From contig CAYNFP010000001.1 of NCBI GenBank assembly GCA_964396655.1, forward strand, positions 70,773-134,772: 64,000 bases of DNA, written 5' to 3'. The notes under the pieces are model-generated. The model worked only from the letters and a program-made list of their open reading frames with translations, was not told the DNA's origin and made no database searches. The translations under genes and the position numbers were made by a program. The first letter of the stretch is position 1, and every line of letters begins with the position of its first letter. Source of the stretch: an uncultured Muribaculaceae bacterium. Lineage in GTDB: Bacteria > Bacillota_I > Bacilli_A > RF39 > UBA660. This document shows positions 1 through 10,115 of this stretch, one piece after another.

Positions 1-127
1 GTAATTTATTTAAATATATCAAAAATGTCTGATTATGATACTGAATATACAAAATTAATTAATATCATTAAAACCTCATCAATTGTAAAATAGAAATTTA
101 AATGCTAAAATTACTTTGGAGGAATAT

Positions 128-889
128 ATGAAAAATAAGAAATTAACTTTTATTTATATCGGTATAATTATAATATTAGCTTTTTTGACTTTTGGTAAAA
201 ATTTTATTATTCAAAACACTTTTTATCATGAACAAAAGGATGAAATACTGGATTATATTAAAGAACAATATAACATAAAACCAAAAATTACTTCAATCAT
301 AAAAATGGTTGGAATGAAAGATCATAAATATGTATATTATGTATGTATGAATTATGATAACAATGATTTTACAGCATATATTTATGATAATGGCACAATA
401 ATTGATGATTATATATCATTAAAATTAGGTAGAGAAATTTATGATGAAGTAGTTAGTAATGTTGAAAGCGAATTAAATACTGAGGTATTAAATCTTCATT
501 ATGATTGGAATCGTATATATTTAAATTATTTAGAAGAAACTTCATTACCTTTAGATATGACTGTTAATAAACTTTTAAGTCAAACTGATAAAGAAACTAA
601 GTTATCATTGATTTTAGTGATTAAGGATAATAAATTAATTGATTCAGAACTTGCAAATAAATTATATAATTTTATAAATAATTATATAAAAGAAAAAGGA
701 GTAGATTATTTAACTGTTGATTTTACTTTGATTGATAGTAAGAGTGTTAAAACTGTAGAAAAAAATCAATCAGTACCCGAACATGCTAAAAGATATATTA
801 GTTTTTCTGATTTAAATGTATCAAATTTTTCGGTAGAAGAGTTAAAAGATTCTGTAGAAACAGTTAATAATAGTAATTTAATAAATTAA
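128..889 (+). CDS. hypothetical membrane-anchored protein (single N-terminal TM helix)
   Basis: ORF track 116..889; the ATG at 128 follows a GGAGG RBS. Residues ~12-28 form a hydrophobic segment (LTFIYIGIIIILAFLTF). No recognisable catalytic motif. Confidence 0.45.
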   Translation: MKNKKLTFIYIGIIIILAFLTFGKNFIIQNTFYHEQKDEILDYIKEQYNIKPKITSIIKMVGMKDHKYVYYVCMNYDNNDFTAYIYDNGTIIDDYISLKLGREIYDEVVSNVESELNTEVLNLHYDWNRIYLNYLEETSLPLDMTVNKLLSQTDKETKLSLILVIKDNKLIDSELANKLYNFINNYIKEKGVDYLTVDFTLIDSKSVKTVEKNQSVPEHAKRYISFSDLNVSNFSVEELKDSVETVNNSNLIN

Positions 890-890
890 G

Positions 891-1268
891 GTGAATATGA
901 TAGAATTGAATAATGATAGTTTAATAAAATTTCTTGATTATTATCATTATTTACATGATAGTAATATTACTATGATTGAATATGATATTTCAAAAGCTCA
1001 AATAACTTTATTAATAAATGTTTATTGGTCCGGAGAACCTAAATTAAAAGATGATGGTTATTATGAAACTAATAAGAAAAAAATTAAAATTATTTTTGAG
1101 GGAGTAGAGAAGGTTAAAAGTAAAGAAATTTGCTCTTATGAATATATTGATGACGTTTATTTTAAATTTATTATGTTAAATAATAAAGGATATATATGTT
1201 TTGCTGATTATGAAGAAAATCCAACATTATATATAGTTTGCGAAAGTGCAAAATACGAAGAATTATGA
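891..1268 (+). CDS. hypothetical protein
   Basis: 125-aa ORF tightly packed after the previous gene. No recognised motif. Confidence 0.4.
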   Translation: MNMIELNNDSLIKFLDYYHYLHDSNITMIEYDISKAQITLLINVYWSGEPKLKDDGYYETNKKKIKIIFEGVEKVKSKEICSYEYIDDVYFKFIMLNNKGYICFADYEENPTLYIVCESAKYEEL

Positions 1269-1291
1269 TATGATTATTTTAAGAGGGTTAT

Positions 1292-2041
1292 ATGAAAATA
1301 ATTATTAATGATAAATATTTAGATAGTAGAACTTATAGAAAAATTTTTGAGTTTATACAAAAAGAAGGGGATATACCTTTTAAAAAGTTTGTTGAAGAAG
1401 CTCATGAAATTGATACTGATAGTATTATAGAGTCTGCAATTTTTTATGATGATTACCCATTAACAGAATTAATTGAGCAAAATAAGATGATAGTAGAATT
1501 TTTAAAACAATTTGGTGATTTCTTTATGCATGATGGATTTGATTCGTTTAAATTAAAAAAATTTATTTTAGATACTTCTAAAAAAATTGATAGACTACCA
1601 TTATTTATTGAAAATTCAAAAATATTAGAAGATTTAAGAATTGGGACTATATTTTTAGGTATTGAACAATATAAAGAATTTTTTAGAACAGAAGTGTTTA
1701 CAGATGAAAATGGTCATATTACAGATATTAGAAAATGTTACTCTGATGGTAAAATAAGGTATAGTGTTGGAAATATTCGTGAATATTGTGGTTGTGAAGA
1801 ATATAAAATGGATATTTCGGGAATTGGGACTAAAATTACAAGAACTGTAGATGGTCTTAAAATTTTTACTCCTGCTGAGCCAACTTGGATAATAGAAGCT
1901 GAAAATCATGCTAGGGGTACTCAATGTAGATATGCTTGTATAGAAGATTTTGGATTTGATAGTAGTAACTTACCAACAGATGAAGAATTAAGTAGTTATG
2001 AAGAACCACAAACTTTGAAATTATTTTTGAGTAAAAAATAA
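1292..2041 (+). CDS. hypothetical protein
   Basis: 249-aa ORF with a GGGTTATATG RBS context. No recognised motif. Confidence 0.45.
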   Translation: MKIIINDKYLDSRTYRKIFEFIQKEGDIPFKKFVEEAHEIDTDSIIESAIFYDDYPLTELIEQNKMIVEFLKQFGDFFMHDGFDSFKLKKFILDTSKKIDRLPLFIENSKILEDLRIGTIFLGIEQYKEFFRTEVFTDENGHITDIRKCYSDGKIRYSVGNIREYCGCEEYKMDISGIGTKITRTVDGLKIFTPAEPTWIIEAENHARGTQCRYACIEDFGFDSSNLPTDEELSSYEEPQTLKLFLSKK

Positions 2042-2090
2042 TAATTTAAAAATTCTTGTTAATAATATTTAATAAGAAGGGAGAATTATT

Positions 2091-2282
2091 ATGCCATTAA
2101 AAAAAGGTAAAAGTAAAAAAGTCATATCAAAAAACATTGAAAATTTAGTTGAAGAATATACTAAAGGTGATGGTAAAATAGGAAACTATAAACCAACATC
2201 TAAAAAGAAAGCAGTTAAAGTAGCCGCTGCAATAGCCTATAAAAATGCTGGTAAAAGTAAAAAGAATAATAAAAAGAAATAA
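2091..2282 (+). CDS. small lysine-rich basic protein, unknown function
   Basis: 63-aa ORF preceded by an AAGGGAGA RBS. About 30% Lys. Confidence 0.35.
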   Translation: MPLKKGKSKKVISKNIENLVEEYTKGDGKIGNYKPTSKKKAVKVAAAIAYKNAGKSKKNNKKK

Positions 2283-2363
2283 AATTATTCTTTTTTTAAT
2301 TTTTAACAAAAAAATGTGACAAAATAAATGGAGTATGTTATCCTATTGTTAGGAGGGTAATAT

Positions 2364-3002
2364 ATGGAGAATTTAGAAATGAATTCAGAAATGATGAGAC
2401 AACTTCTACAAGCAAAGGATAGATGTTTGTCGGTTTATGATGAATTCAGGTTTGATTTAAAGAGAAAAGATGGTGGCGAAGTTGTTACTTTTGATAAACT
2501 AAAAGAAACAATAACAATTTTAAATTCTTTAATTAAGGATTATATTGATACAATGCCATATTTTTTTGAAATTGTAGCAACAGAAAATATTGTAATAAAA
2601 AATGAAGAAACAGTTGAAATAAAAACTAATATTACAGGTCAATTAATTAATGCTGGAGAACGCGAATTTATATTCTATGGGAGCATTCCTAGTGGAGGTA
2701 AATTAAGTTTAAGTTCGGAATTGACAGATGGTGGCGTTAAAATATATGCAAGAAATGATAACTCAAGAGAAATGGATGAAAAATATGATTTGTGTGTATA
2801 TCATTATAATTGTCCAACAGATGCGAGAAGTTTTGGACCTGGGGCATATTTGATTGAAAAAGGACAAGTAATTGGTATAGGTATTAAGCATTATGTAGAA
2901 ACAAACAGAATTGAGTATGTGGATGATGAAATGTCAACATGGCCAGAATGGAAACGTGAAGCGGCTGGAGCAGGTTATGGTTTTTCAAGAGGATTGAAAT
3001 AA
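2364..3002 (+). CDS. hypothetical protein
   Basis: 212-aa ORF with an AGGAGGG RBS, followed by a rho-independent terminator. Confidence 0.45.
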   Translation: MENLEMNSEMMRQLLQAKDRCLSVYDEFRFDLKRKDGGEVVTFDKLKETITILNSLIKDYIDTMPYFFEIVATENIVIKNEETVEIKTNITGQLINAGEREFIFYGSIPSGGKLSLSSELTDGGVKIYARNDNSREMDEKYDLCVYHYNCPTDARSFGPGAYLIEKGQVIGIGIKHYVETNRIEYVDDEMSTWPEWKREAAGAGYGFSRGLK

Positions 3003-3005
3003 AAG

Positions 3006-3034
3006 AATCGTTAAAAACAACGATTTTTTTTATT
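3006..3034 (+). terminator. rho-independent terminator (AATCGTT-aaaaac-AACGATT followed by a T-run)
   Basis: Perfect 7-bp stem followed by TTTTTTTT, directly after the stop codon at 3002. Confidence 0.6.
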
Positions 3035-3050
3035 TATTTTAAAAAACTGG

Positions 3051-3079
3051 TTGACATTTTAATATGTTTTTAATATAAT
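3051..3079 (+). promoter_or_regulatory. sigmaA-like promoter of the pncA-pncB-nudix-pnuC-nadR-nadE-nadD operon
   Basis: TTGACA at 3051-3056, a 17-nt spacer, then TATAAT at 3074-3079. Both hexamers match consensus. Confidence 0.55.
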
Positions 3080-3084
3080 GTTAA

Positions 3085-3141
3085 TAACAAGAGAAAAACT
3101 TGTTAAAATTTTAAGGCTTGTTCTTAACAAAATGTTAAGAA
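3085..3141 (+). promoter_or_regulatory. two palindromes, candidate NrtR operators, between the promoter and pncA
   Basis: TAACAAG-N7-CTTGTTA at 3085-3105. A perfect 9-3-9 palindrome TTCTTAACA-AAA-TGTTAAGAA at 3121-3141. An NrtR-like regulator is encoded at the end of the same locus. Confidence 0.35.
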
Positions 3142-3160
3142 GAAATGGAGGCGATCATTT

Positions 3161-3802
3161 ATGATAAGAACAGAATTAAAAGATTATCAAAAAACATTGT
3201 ACATAGTTGATATGGTAAATGGATTTGTAAGAGAGGGGAAGCTTCATGATGGAAGAATAGCTGCAACTATACCTGAGCAAATAAAACTTATAGAAAGATT
3301 TAGAAGAGAGAATCAAGGTGTTGCTTTTATTAAAGAAAATCATGGAGAAGGAAGTGTTGAATTTAAAACATTCCCACCACATTGTATTGCTGGAACAAGT
3401 GAGGCAGAATTAGTTGATGAATTAAAACCTTATGAAAGTAGTTCTTTAGTATATCCAAAGAACTCTACAAGTGCTGTATTTGCGCCAAATATTTTAACAG
3501 ATATTGAAAGTATGGTTAATTTAAGAGAAATAGTGGCTGTAGGTTGTTGTACAGATATATGTGTGTTAAATTTCTTAATACCACTAATTAATTATTTTAA
3601 TCAAATTAATAGAGAAATTAAAATATTTGCAGTAAAAGATGCAACTCAAACTTATAATATTCCAGGATTTCATGATGCAGAATATTACAATAAAATTGCT
3701 TATGAATTAATGGCTCAATCAGGAATACAAATTGTTGGAAATTCAGAAGAATTAGAAGCAAAAGAAAAAGAATTAGGATTAACTCTAAAGAAAGGAATTT
3801 AA
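3161..3802 (+). CDS. pncA: nicotinamidase / isochorismatase-family hydrolase
   Basis: 213 aa with isochorismatase-like fold motifs (LYIVDMVNGF near the N-terminus, conserved Cys region CCTDICV). Lies immediately upstream of pncB. Confidence 0.7.
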   Translation: MIRTELKDYQKTLYIVDMVNGFVREGKLHDGRIAATIPEQIKLIERFRRENQGVAFIKENHGEGSVEFKTFPPHCIAGTSEAELVDELKPYESSSLVYPKNSTSAVFAPNILTDIESMVNLREIVAVGCCTDICVLNFLIPLINYFNQINREIKIFAVKDATQTYNIPGFHDAEYYNKIAYELMAQSGIQIVGNSEELEAKEKELGLTLKKGI

Positions 3803-3805
3803 ATT

Positions 3806-5269
3806 ATGGAAATTTACAATGGATATGAAAGATTACCTAGAAATTACAGTTTATTAACAGATGAATATGAATATTCAATGTCAAATGCATATTTATTATC
3901 AAAAAAAGAAGATGAAGAAGCAGTATTTGATATATTTTTTAGGAAGATACCTAATGAAGGTGGATATGCTGTTATGGCAGGTATTGATAAAGTTATTGAA
4001 TATATAAAAAATTTAAAATTTGGAGAAACAGAAATTAATTATCTTAAGAGAAAAGGTTATAGTGAAGAATTTATAAATTATATGAAAAACTTTAGATTTA
4101 CTGGTAGTATATATGCAATTCCTGATGGAACTCCAGTATTTCCAAATGAACCGATAGTTACTGTAAAAGCTCCTTTAATAGAAGCTCAAATAATAGAAAC
4201 TGCTTTGTTATCAATAATTAATGGTGCTATGGAACACGCAACTGGAGCAAGAAGAATAATTGAATCAACTCCAAAGGGAATAAAAGTTATGGAATTTGGA
4301 TCTAGACGTGCAGATGGACTTGAAGCTTCTATAGATTCAGCTATTTATGGAATAATGGCAGGATGTGCTGGAACTTCAAATGTTATGGCAGCTGATATGT
4401 TAAATATTGCTGCTTTAGGAACTCAAGCTCATAGTTGGGTACAATCTTTTGATAGTGAATATGAAGCATTTTTAACTTATGCAAAGATGTATCCAAATAA
4501 TTGCATATTGTTAGTTGATACTATAGATACATTAAAAAGTGGAGTGCCAAATGCAATAAAAGTATTCGAATATATGAAAGAACATACCATGCCAACAAAT
4601 CATATTGGAATAAGAATTGACTCTGGAGATTTAGCTTATACAAGCAAAGAAGCAAGAAGAATGCTTAATGAAGCTGGATTTGGAGAAGCAACAATATGTT
4701 TAAGTAATGGATTAACTGCTGAAACAATTGAATCTTTGGTAAAACAAGGAGCTTGCTTTGATAGTCTTGGTGTAGGAGATAATATATCTAAACCAAATGG
4801 AAGAATGGGATGTGTTTATAAAGAAGTAGCTTTAGAAGTAAATGGAGTATTAATTCCTAAAATTAAAATAAGTGGTACAGCAGAAAAAACCACAAATCCC
4901 GGGTATAAAAAGTTATATAGAGCATTTAGTAAGAAAACTGGTCGTGCACTAGCTGATATAATTTCAATACCAGGTCAAAATATTACTAAAGACAACTTAA
5001 TAATTATAGATACTGTTAATTTTTCCAACAGTAAAAGAATTGAAAATTTTGAATTAGTTGAATTACAAAAACCAATATTTATTAATGGAGAACTAGTATA
5101 TGAAGATCCAAATATAATACAAAAACAATTATATTGTGAGGAACAAATGCAAAAAATATATCCAGAAACCAAAAGATTAGAAATGCCTCAAATATATCAT
5201 GTGGCTGGAACTGAAGAATATATCGAATTGAAAAATAATTTGGTATTACAACTAAAAAGGAATTTATAA
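3806..5269 (+). CDS. pncB: nicotinate phosphoribosyltransferase
   Basis: 487 aa. Hallmark segments match the NAPRTase family: GTQAHSWV, IRIDSGDLAY, MAGCAGTSNVMAA. Confidence 0.85.
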   Translation: MEIYNGYERLPRNYSLLTDEYEYSMSNAYLLSKKEDEEAVFDIFFRKIPNEGGYAVMAGIDKVIEYIKNLKFGETEINYLKRKGYSEEFINYMKNFRFTGSIYAIPDGTPVFPNEPIVTVKAPLIEAQIIETALLSIINGAMEHATGARRIIESTPKGIKVMEFGSRRADGLEASIDSAIYGIMAGCAGTSNVMAADMLNIAALGTQAHSWVQSFDSEYEAFLTYAKMYPNNCILLVDTIDTLKSGVPNAIKVFEYMKEHTMPTNHIGIRIDSGDLAYTSKEARRMLNEAGFGEATICLSNGLTAETIESLVKQGACFDSLGVGDNISKPNGRMGCVYKEVALEVNGVLIPKIKISGTAEKTTNPGYKKLYRAFSKKTGRALADIISIPGQNITKDNLIIIDTVNFSNSKRIENFELVELQKPIFINGELVYEDPNIIQKQLYCEEQMQKIYPETKRLEMPQIYHVAGTEEYIELKNNLVLQLKRNL

Positions 5270-5272
5270 ATT

Positions 5273-5860
5273 ATGCAAAGTCAAAAATTAGAAGAACTAA
5301 AAAAATATATTGAAGAATTAAAAATGACAAAATTTTTAGAAGAACAAGAAATATCAAGTGGATTTTTAACAATAAAAAAGTATATATGTAAATTAAATAA
5401 TGGCAAAATAATAACAAGAGAACAAATTATAAAAAATGAAAGAGATGGTAGTGCCGCTATTATTTTACCAGTTACAACAGAAGGAAAAATTGTTATAGTA
5501 ATAGAACCCAGAGTTTTTAGTAAAGAAACTGTAGGTGTTGAATTTCCTGCCGGATATATAGAGTTTGGGGAAAAGCCAATTGAGGCTGCCAAAAGAGAGT
5601 TAATAGAAGAAACTGGTTATGTTCCAGAAAAATTGGAACTTTTAGTAAGTTATTATCAAGATCAAGGGTGTTCTAAAGCTTTTAATCATAGTTTTATAGC
5701 ATTGGGATGTAAAAAATTAAAAGAACAAAATTTGGATCCCGAAGAATTAATAAGATATATGGAATTTACATTTGATGAAGTAATAGAGTTAGCTCAAATG
5801 GGATATATAAATGATGCTAATTCATTATTAGCTCTAGAAAGAGCAAAAAAATATTTTTAA
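5273..5860 (+). CDS. NUDIX hydrolase, probable ADP-ribose pyrophosphatase
   Basis: Nudix box GYIEFGEKPIEAAKRELIEETG (GX5EX7REUXEEXGU). Embedded in the NAD salvage locus. Confidence 0.7.
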   Translation: MQSQKLEELKKYIEELKMTKFLEEQEISSGFLTIKKYICKLNNGKIITREQIIKNERDGSAAIILPVTTEGKIVIVIEPRVFSKETVGVEFPAGYIEFGEKPIEAAKRELIEETGYVPEKLELLVSYYQDQGCSKAFNHSFIALGCKKLKEQNLDPEELIRYMEFTFDEVIELAQMGYINDANSLLALERAKKYF

Positions 5861-5876
5861 AAGGAGATGAAAAATT

Positions 5877-6554
5877 ATGTTTGATATAACAAATATAGCA
5901 TTTAAAATATTAAATTATGATATAAGCTATGTTGAATTAATAGGTACAATAACAGGATTAATAAGTGTTATTTTAGCAGGAAGAAATAAAGTGTCTAATT
6001 ATCCAATTGGTATAATTAATATAATATTTTTCTTCATACTATTTTATCAAGTTCAATTATATTCAGATATGTTTGAACAGGTATATTACTTAGTTGTTAG
6101 TATAATAGGATGGTATTTATGGCTTAACCCAAAAGAAAACAAAAAAAATAAAGAGAATGAACTTAGAATAACTCACAATTCTTTTAAAGAAAATATAATA
6201 TATTCAATAATACTTATAGGAGGAACAATTCTAGTTGGAATATTTATGAAAAATATACATATTTATTTTCCAAAAATATTTAGTGAACCAGCATCATATC
6301 CGTTCTTAGATGCATTTACAACAATAATGAGTTTACTTGCAATGTATATGCTAGCAAAAAGAAAAATAGACAATTGGTATTTATGGATTGTAGTAAATGT
6401 AATAGCTGTTGTTTTATATTTTGTGAAAGGAGTAAAATTATTATCAATTGAATATTTCATATTCTTAGTAAATGCTATTATATCTTTGAAATATTGGTAT
6501 AAGGTTAAAAAACAAGAAGAGAAAGAAGTTGATAAATTATGCTTAGAAAAGTAG
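5877..6554 (+). CDS. pnuC: nicotinamide riboside transporter PnuC family
   Basis: 225-aa polytopic membrane protein of PnuC size. Translationally coupled to the downstream nadR-like NMNAT/RNK gene, which is the classical pnuC-nadR arrangement. Confidence 0.6.
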   Translation: MFDITNIAFKILNYDISYVELIGTITGLISVILAGRNKVSNYPIGIINIIFFFILFYQVQLYSDMFEQVYYLVVSIIGWYLWLNPKENKKNKENELRITHNSFKENIIYSIILIGGTILVGIFMKNIHIYFPKIFSEPASYPFLDAFTTIMSLLAMYMLAKRKIDNWYLWIVVNVIAVVLYFVKGVKLLSIEYFIFLVNAIISLKYWYKVKKQEEKEVDKLCLEK

Positions 6555-7546
6555 GAATGTATGGAGGAACTTTTAATCCTCTACATTTAGGTCATGTAAA
6601 TGCTTTAATTGAAGCAAGTACAATGTGTAATAAATTATATGTTGTACTTTGCTACTCTACAAAAGCAAATGAAATTAATCACAAAGAGAGATTCAAATGG
6701 CTAAAACAAGTAACTTCAGATATGGAAAATGTTGAAGTTATAGAAATAGAAGATAATAATATAGATAAAGAAAATTATGATTGGTCAAAAGGCGCTATAG
6801 AAATTAAAAAGAAAATAGGTAAGTTAATAGATATAGTCTTTGCAGGAGATGATTATAAGGGTAAAAATATATTTGAAATATTATATCCAGAAAGTGAAAT
6901 TTATTATTTTGATAGAAAGATAATAAATATATCATCAACCAAAATAAGAAGAAATCCATATAATAATTTTCAATATTTACCAAAACCTGTTCAGAAATAT
7001 TACCTAAAAAAAGTTGTTATAATAGGAACTGAAAGTTGTGGTAAATCTACTTTAATAAGAAATCTTGCTAAAGATTATAATACAACATATGTAAAAGAAG
7101 TTGGAAGAGATGTATGTAATGAAGTTGGGGGAATAGATAATCTTCAACAAAAAGATTTTGTGGATATTTTAATAAGACAAAAGGCTTTGGAATTAGAGAA
7201 GTCAAAAGATGCTAATAAAGTATTATTTGTTGATACAGAAGCCATAATAACACTGTACTACTTGAATTTACTTTATTCAAATGATAAGCTAAAAGAAATA
7301 GAAAACTTGGGATATTCTATATCAGATTTAAGTGATTATGATTTATATATGTTTTTAGAACCGGATGTTAAATGGGTACAAGATGGAACAAGAACATATG
7401 GAGAAGATAAAACAAGAAAAAATAATAATAATATACTTAAAAAAATGTTGAAAGAAAAAAATATAAAATATAAAATAGTAAAAGGTGATTATCATGAAAG
7501 ACTTATTAAATCTCTTGAGTTAGTTGATAAATTAATAAAAAAATAG
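6539..7546 (+). CDS. nadR: bifunctional NMN adenylyltransferase / ribosylnicotinamide kinase (NadR-like, no HTH domain)
   Basis: N-terminal nucleotidyltransferase motif GGTFNPLHLGH and C-terminal P-loop GTESCGKSTL. The start may instead be the ATG at 6557. Confidence 0.75.
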   Translation: MLRKVGMYGGTFNPLHLGHVNALIEASTMCNKLYVVLCYSTKANEINHKERFKWLKQVTSDMENVEVIEIEDNNIDKENYDWSKGAIEIKKKIGKLIDIVFAGDDYKGKNIFEILYPESEIYYFDRKIINISSTKIRRNPYNNFQYLPKPVQKYYLKKVVIIGTESCGKSTLIRNLAKDYNTTYVKEVGRDVCNEVGGIDNLQQKDFVDILIRQKALELEKSKDANKVLFVDTEAIITLYYLNLLYSNDKLKEIENLGYSISDLSDYDLYMFLEPDVKWVQDGTRTYGEDKTRKNNNNILKKMLKEKNIKYKIVKGDYHERLIKSLELVDKLIKK

Positions 7547-7554
7547 GAGGAGTT

Positions 7555-9480
7555 ATGTATAAAGAACATGGATTCATAAGAATAGGAGCTATAGTACCAA
7601 AATTAAAGGTTGCTAATGTGGATTTTAATTCACAAGAAATAATTAAACAGATAAAGAATGCTTATAAAAATAAAATAAGTATAGTAACAACACCAGAATT
7701 ATCTTTAACAGGATATACATGTGCAGATTTATTTCATCAAGACATTTTAATTGAAAAAAGTTTGAGTGAATTAAAGCATATTTTAGAAGAAACTAAAAAA
7801 TTAGATATTATTAGTATAATTGGAATGCCAATAAGATATGAAAATCAAACTTTTAACACAGCAGCTGTAATTAATAAAGGTAAAGTTTTAGGAATTATTC
7901 CAAAAACTTATAGACCAAATTATTCGGAATTTTATGAAAAAAGATGGTTTTCAACTAGTTTAAATCTAAAAAGTAAATATATAAATTTATTTGGAGAGAA
8001 TATACCCTTTGATACTAAAATAATATTTAGAGACAAAGAAAATCCTAATATTGGATTTGCCATAGAAATATGTGAAGATTTATGGACAGTAAATCCTCCA
8101 AGTGATTCTCATGCTCTTAATGGAGCCACTATCATATTTAATCTATCTGCAAGTAATGAAATAATAGGAAAATATGATTACAGAAAGAATTTAGTTAAAA
8201 CCCAGTCTGGAAAGACTATTTCGGCTTACTGTTATGCATCTTCAGGAGTTAATGAGTCTTCAACAGATTTAGTATTTTCAGGACATTCTATGATTTATGA
8301 AGCAGGTTCATTATTAGAGGAAAATAATAGATTTGATTTTGAAAGTAATTTAATTTATTCGGATATAGATATAAAAAGATTAATGAATGATAGATGTAAA
8401 AATATGAGTTTTATGGAAAATTGTGATAAAAATGAATATTTATATGTAGACATAGATATAATTGACAGAATAGACGTTTTAAAAAGAAATTATGAAGAAT
8501 ATCCATTCGTTCCAAAAAACGAAGCTAAAAGAAGTGAAAGATGTAATGAAATATTTAATATACAGTCATGTGCTTTAGCAAAACGAATACTTCATACAAA
8601 TATGAAAAAAACAGTTATAGGAATGAGTGGAGGACTTGATTCAACATTAGCCTTTCTTGTAATAGTTGAAGCATACAAAAAATTGGGAATTTCAAATAAA
8701 AATATAATTGCAGTTACTATGCCTGGTTTTGGAACAACTGATAGAACTTTTAATAATGCATGTAATTTAGTTAAAAGTTATGGAGCGACTTTACTAAATA
8801 TAAGTATTAAAGATGCTTGTATACAGCACTTTAAAGATATCGAAATAGATGAAAAGGATAGAAGTGTAACATATGAAAATTCTCAGGCAAGAGAAAGAAC
8901 TCAAATATTAATGGATATTTCAAATAAAGAAAATGCTTTAGTAATTGGAACTGGAGATTTATCAGAACTTGCTTTAGGATGGTGTACTTATAATGGAGAT
9001 CATATGAGTATGTATGCAGTTAATGTAAGTATTCCTAAAACATTAGTAAGATATTTAGTTAAATGGGTTGCAGATACTTCAAATAAAAAATATCAAAAAA
9101 CATTATATGATATTGAGGGTACACCAATTAGTCCGGAATTATTACCTCCAGATGAATTAGGTAATATTAAGCAATTAACAGAAGATTCTGTAGGTCCTTA
9201 TGTTCTTCATGATTTCTTCTTATATCATTTTTTAAGATATGGAGCTAGTCCTAAAAAGATATTTGTTATAGCTAAAAAGACTTTTAAAGATAAATTTAGT
9301 GATGAAGAAATAAAAAAATGGTTAAAAATATTTATAAAAAGATTTTTTATTCAACAATTTAAAAGAAGTTGTATTCCTGATGGACCAAAAGTTGGAACAA
9401 TAAGTTTAAGTCCAAGAGGAGATTTAAGAATGCCAAGTGATGCTGATTCAGAAATTTGGTTAAAAGATTTAGAGGATTAA
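7555..9480 (+). CDS. nadE: glutamine-dependent NAD+ synthetase
   Basis: 641 aa. N-terminal CN-hydrolase (glutaminase) domain and C-terminal NAD synthetase domain with the SGGLDS PP-loop. Confidence 0.9.
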   Translation: MYKEHGFIRIGAIVPKLKVANVDFNSQEIIKQIKNAYKNKISIVTTPELSLTGYTCADLFHQDILIEKSLSELKHILEETKKLDIISIIGMPIRYENQTFNTAAVINKGKVLGIIPKTYRPNYSEFYEKRWFSTSLNLKSKYINLFGENIPFDTKIIFRDKENPNIGFAIEICEDLWTVNPPSDSHALNGATIIFNLSASNEIIGKYDYRKNLVKTQSGKTISAYCYASSGVNESSTDLVFSGHSMIYEAGSLLEENNRFDFESNLIYSDIDIKRLMNDRCKNMSFMENCDKNEYLYVDIDIIDRIDVLKRNYEEYPFVPKNEAKRSERCNEIFNIQSCALAKRILHTNMKKTVIGMSGGLDSTLAFLVIVEAYKKLGISNKNIIAVTMPGFGTTDRTFNNACNLVKSYGATLLNISIKDACIQHFKDIEIDEKDRSVTYENSQARERTQILMDISNKENALVIGTGDLSELALGWCTYNGDHMSMYAVNVSIPKTLVRYLVKWVADTSNKKYQKTLYDIEGTPISPELLPPDELGNIKQLTEDSVGPYVLHDFFLYHFLRYGASPKKIFVIAKKTFKDKFSDEEIKKWLKIFIKRFFIQQFKRSCIPDGPKVGTISLSPRGDLRMPSDADSEIWLKDLED

Positions 9481-9482
9481 AT

Positions 9483-10064
9483 ATGAGAATAGGTATATTT
9501 GGAGGATGTTTTAATCCACCACACAAAAAACATGAACAAATTGCAGTAGATTTAGTTAAACATAATTATTTGGATAAAGTAATATATGTTCCTGCAGGAA
9601 ATTTATATAATAAAAATGGTTTGATAAAAGATATAGATAGATATAATATGTTGAAACTTATAACAGAATATTATGATTTCTTAGAAGTGTCAGATTATGA
9701 ATTTGATAAATTAACTTATACTTATCAAACATTAACTTATTTTAGAGAAAAATATCCAAAAGATGAAATATATTTTATATGTGGATCTGATAACTTAAAA
9801 GAATTTGATACATGGAAAGAATATGAGTACGTATTAGAAACGTTTAAAATAATAATTATTCAAAGAAATAATGATAATTTTGATGATATAGTAAAAAAAT
9901 ACCCAAAATATTTAAATAACATTATTCTTTCAGATGTAAAAATAGATAAACTTTCGTCAACTGAAATAAGAGATGAAATAAAAAATAATAAAATTACTAA
10001 CTTAAAAAACAAATTAAAAAAAGAGGTTTTGGAGTACATTATTAGTAATAACTTATATAAATAA
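9483..10064 (+). CDS. nadD: nicotinate-nucleotide adenylyltransferase
   Basis: GIFGGCFNPPHKKH (the HxGH-type nucleotidyltransferase motif). The ATG at 9483 follows a GGAGGA RBS right after the nadE stop. ORF track lists a longer 9456 start. Confidence 0.8.
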   Translation: MRIGIFGGCFNPPHKKHEQIAVDLVKHNYLDKVIYVPAGNLYNKNGLIKDIDRYNMLKLITEYYDFLEVSDYEFDKLTYTYQTLTYFREKYPKDEIYFICGSDNLKEFDTWKEYEYVLETFKIIIIQRNNDNFDDIVKKYPKYLNNIILSDVKIDKLSSTEIRDEIKNNKITNLKNKLKKEVLEYIISNNLYK

Positions 10065-10115
10065 TGACTTTTAATAGTAAATAAGTTATAATTAATATAT
10101 ATTTAGGAGTTAAAA

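Noticed and set aside
111-131. Identical 19-nt start context TTGGAGGAATATATGAAAA at 116-134 and 15176-15194.
   Set aside because: Probably convergent strong RBS/start composition in an AT-rich genome. Too short to argue for a shared mobile junction without more copies.
1655-1924. Minus-strand ORFs nested antisense inside larger + strand genes. Examples: 1655-1924, 3176-3382, 4975-5172, 5281-5592, 6263-6460, 10679-10921, 11755-12159, 12240-12434, 12757-12963, 13962-14177, 16512-16790, 22576-22815, 33640-33858, 35858-36061, 43037-43273, 46685-46870, 52796-52990, 58391-58648, 59178-59471, 60994-61398, 62449-62748.
   Set aside because: Their composition is low-complexity Ile/Phe/Leu/Ser-rich, typical of antisense reading of AT-rich coding DNA. 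Each lies wholly inside a well-supported sense gene and has no RBS.
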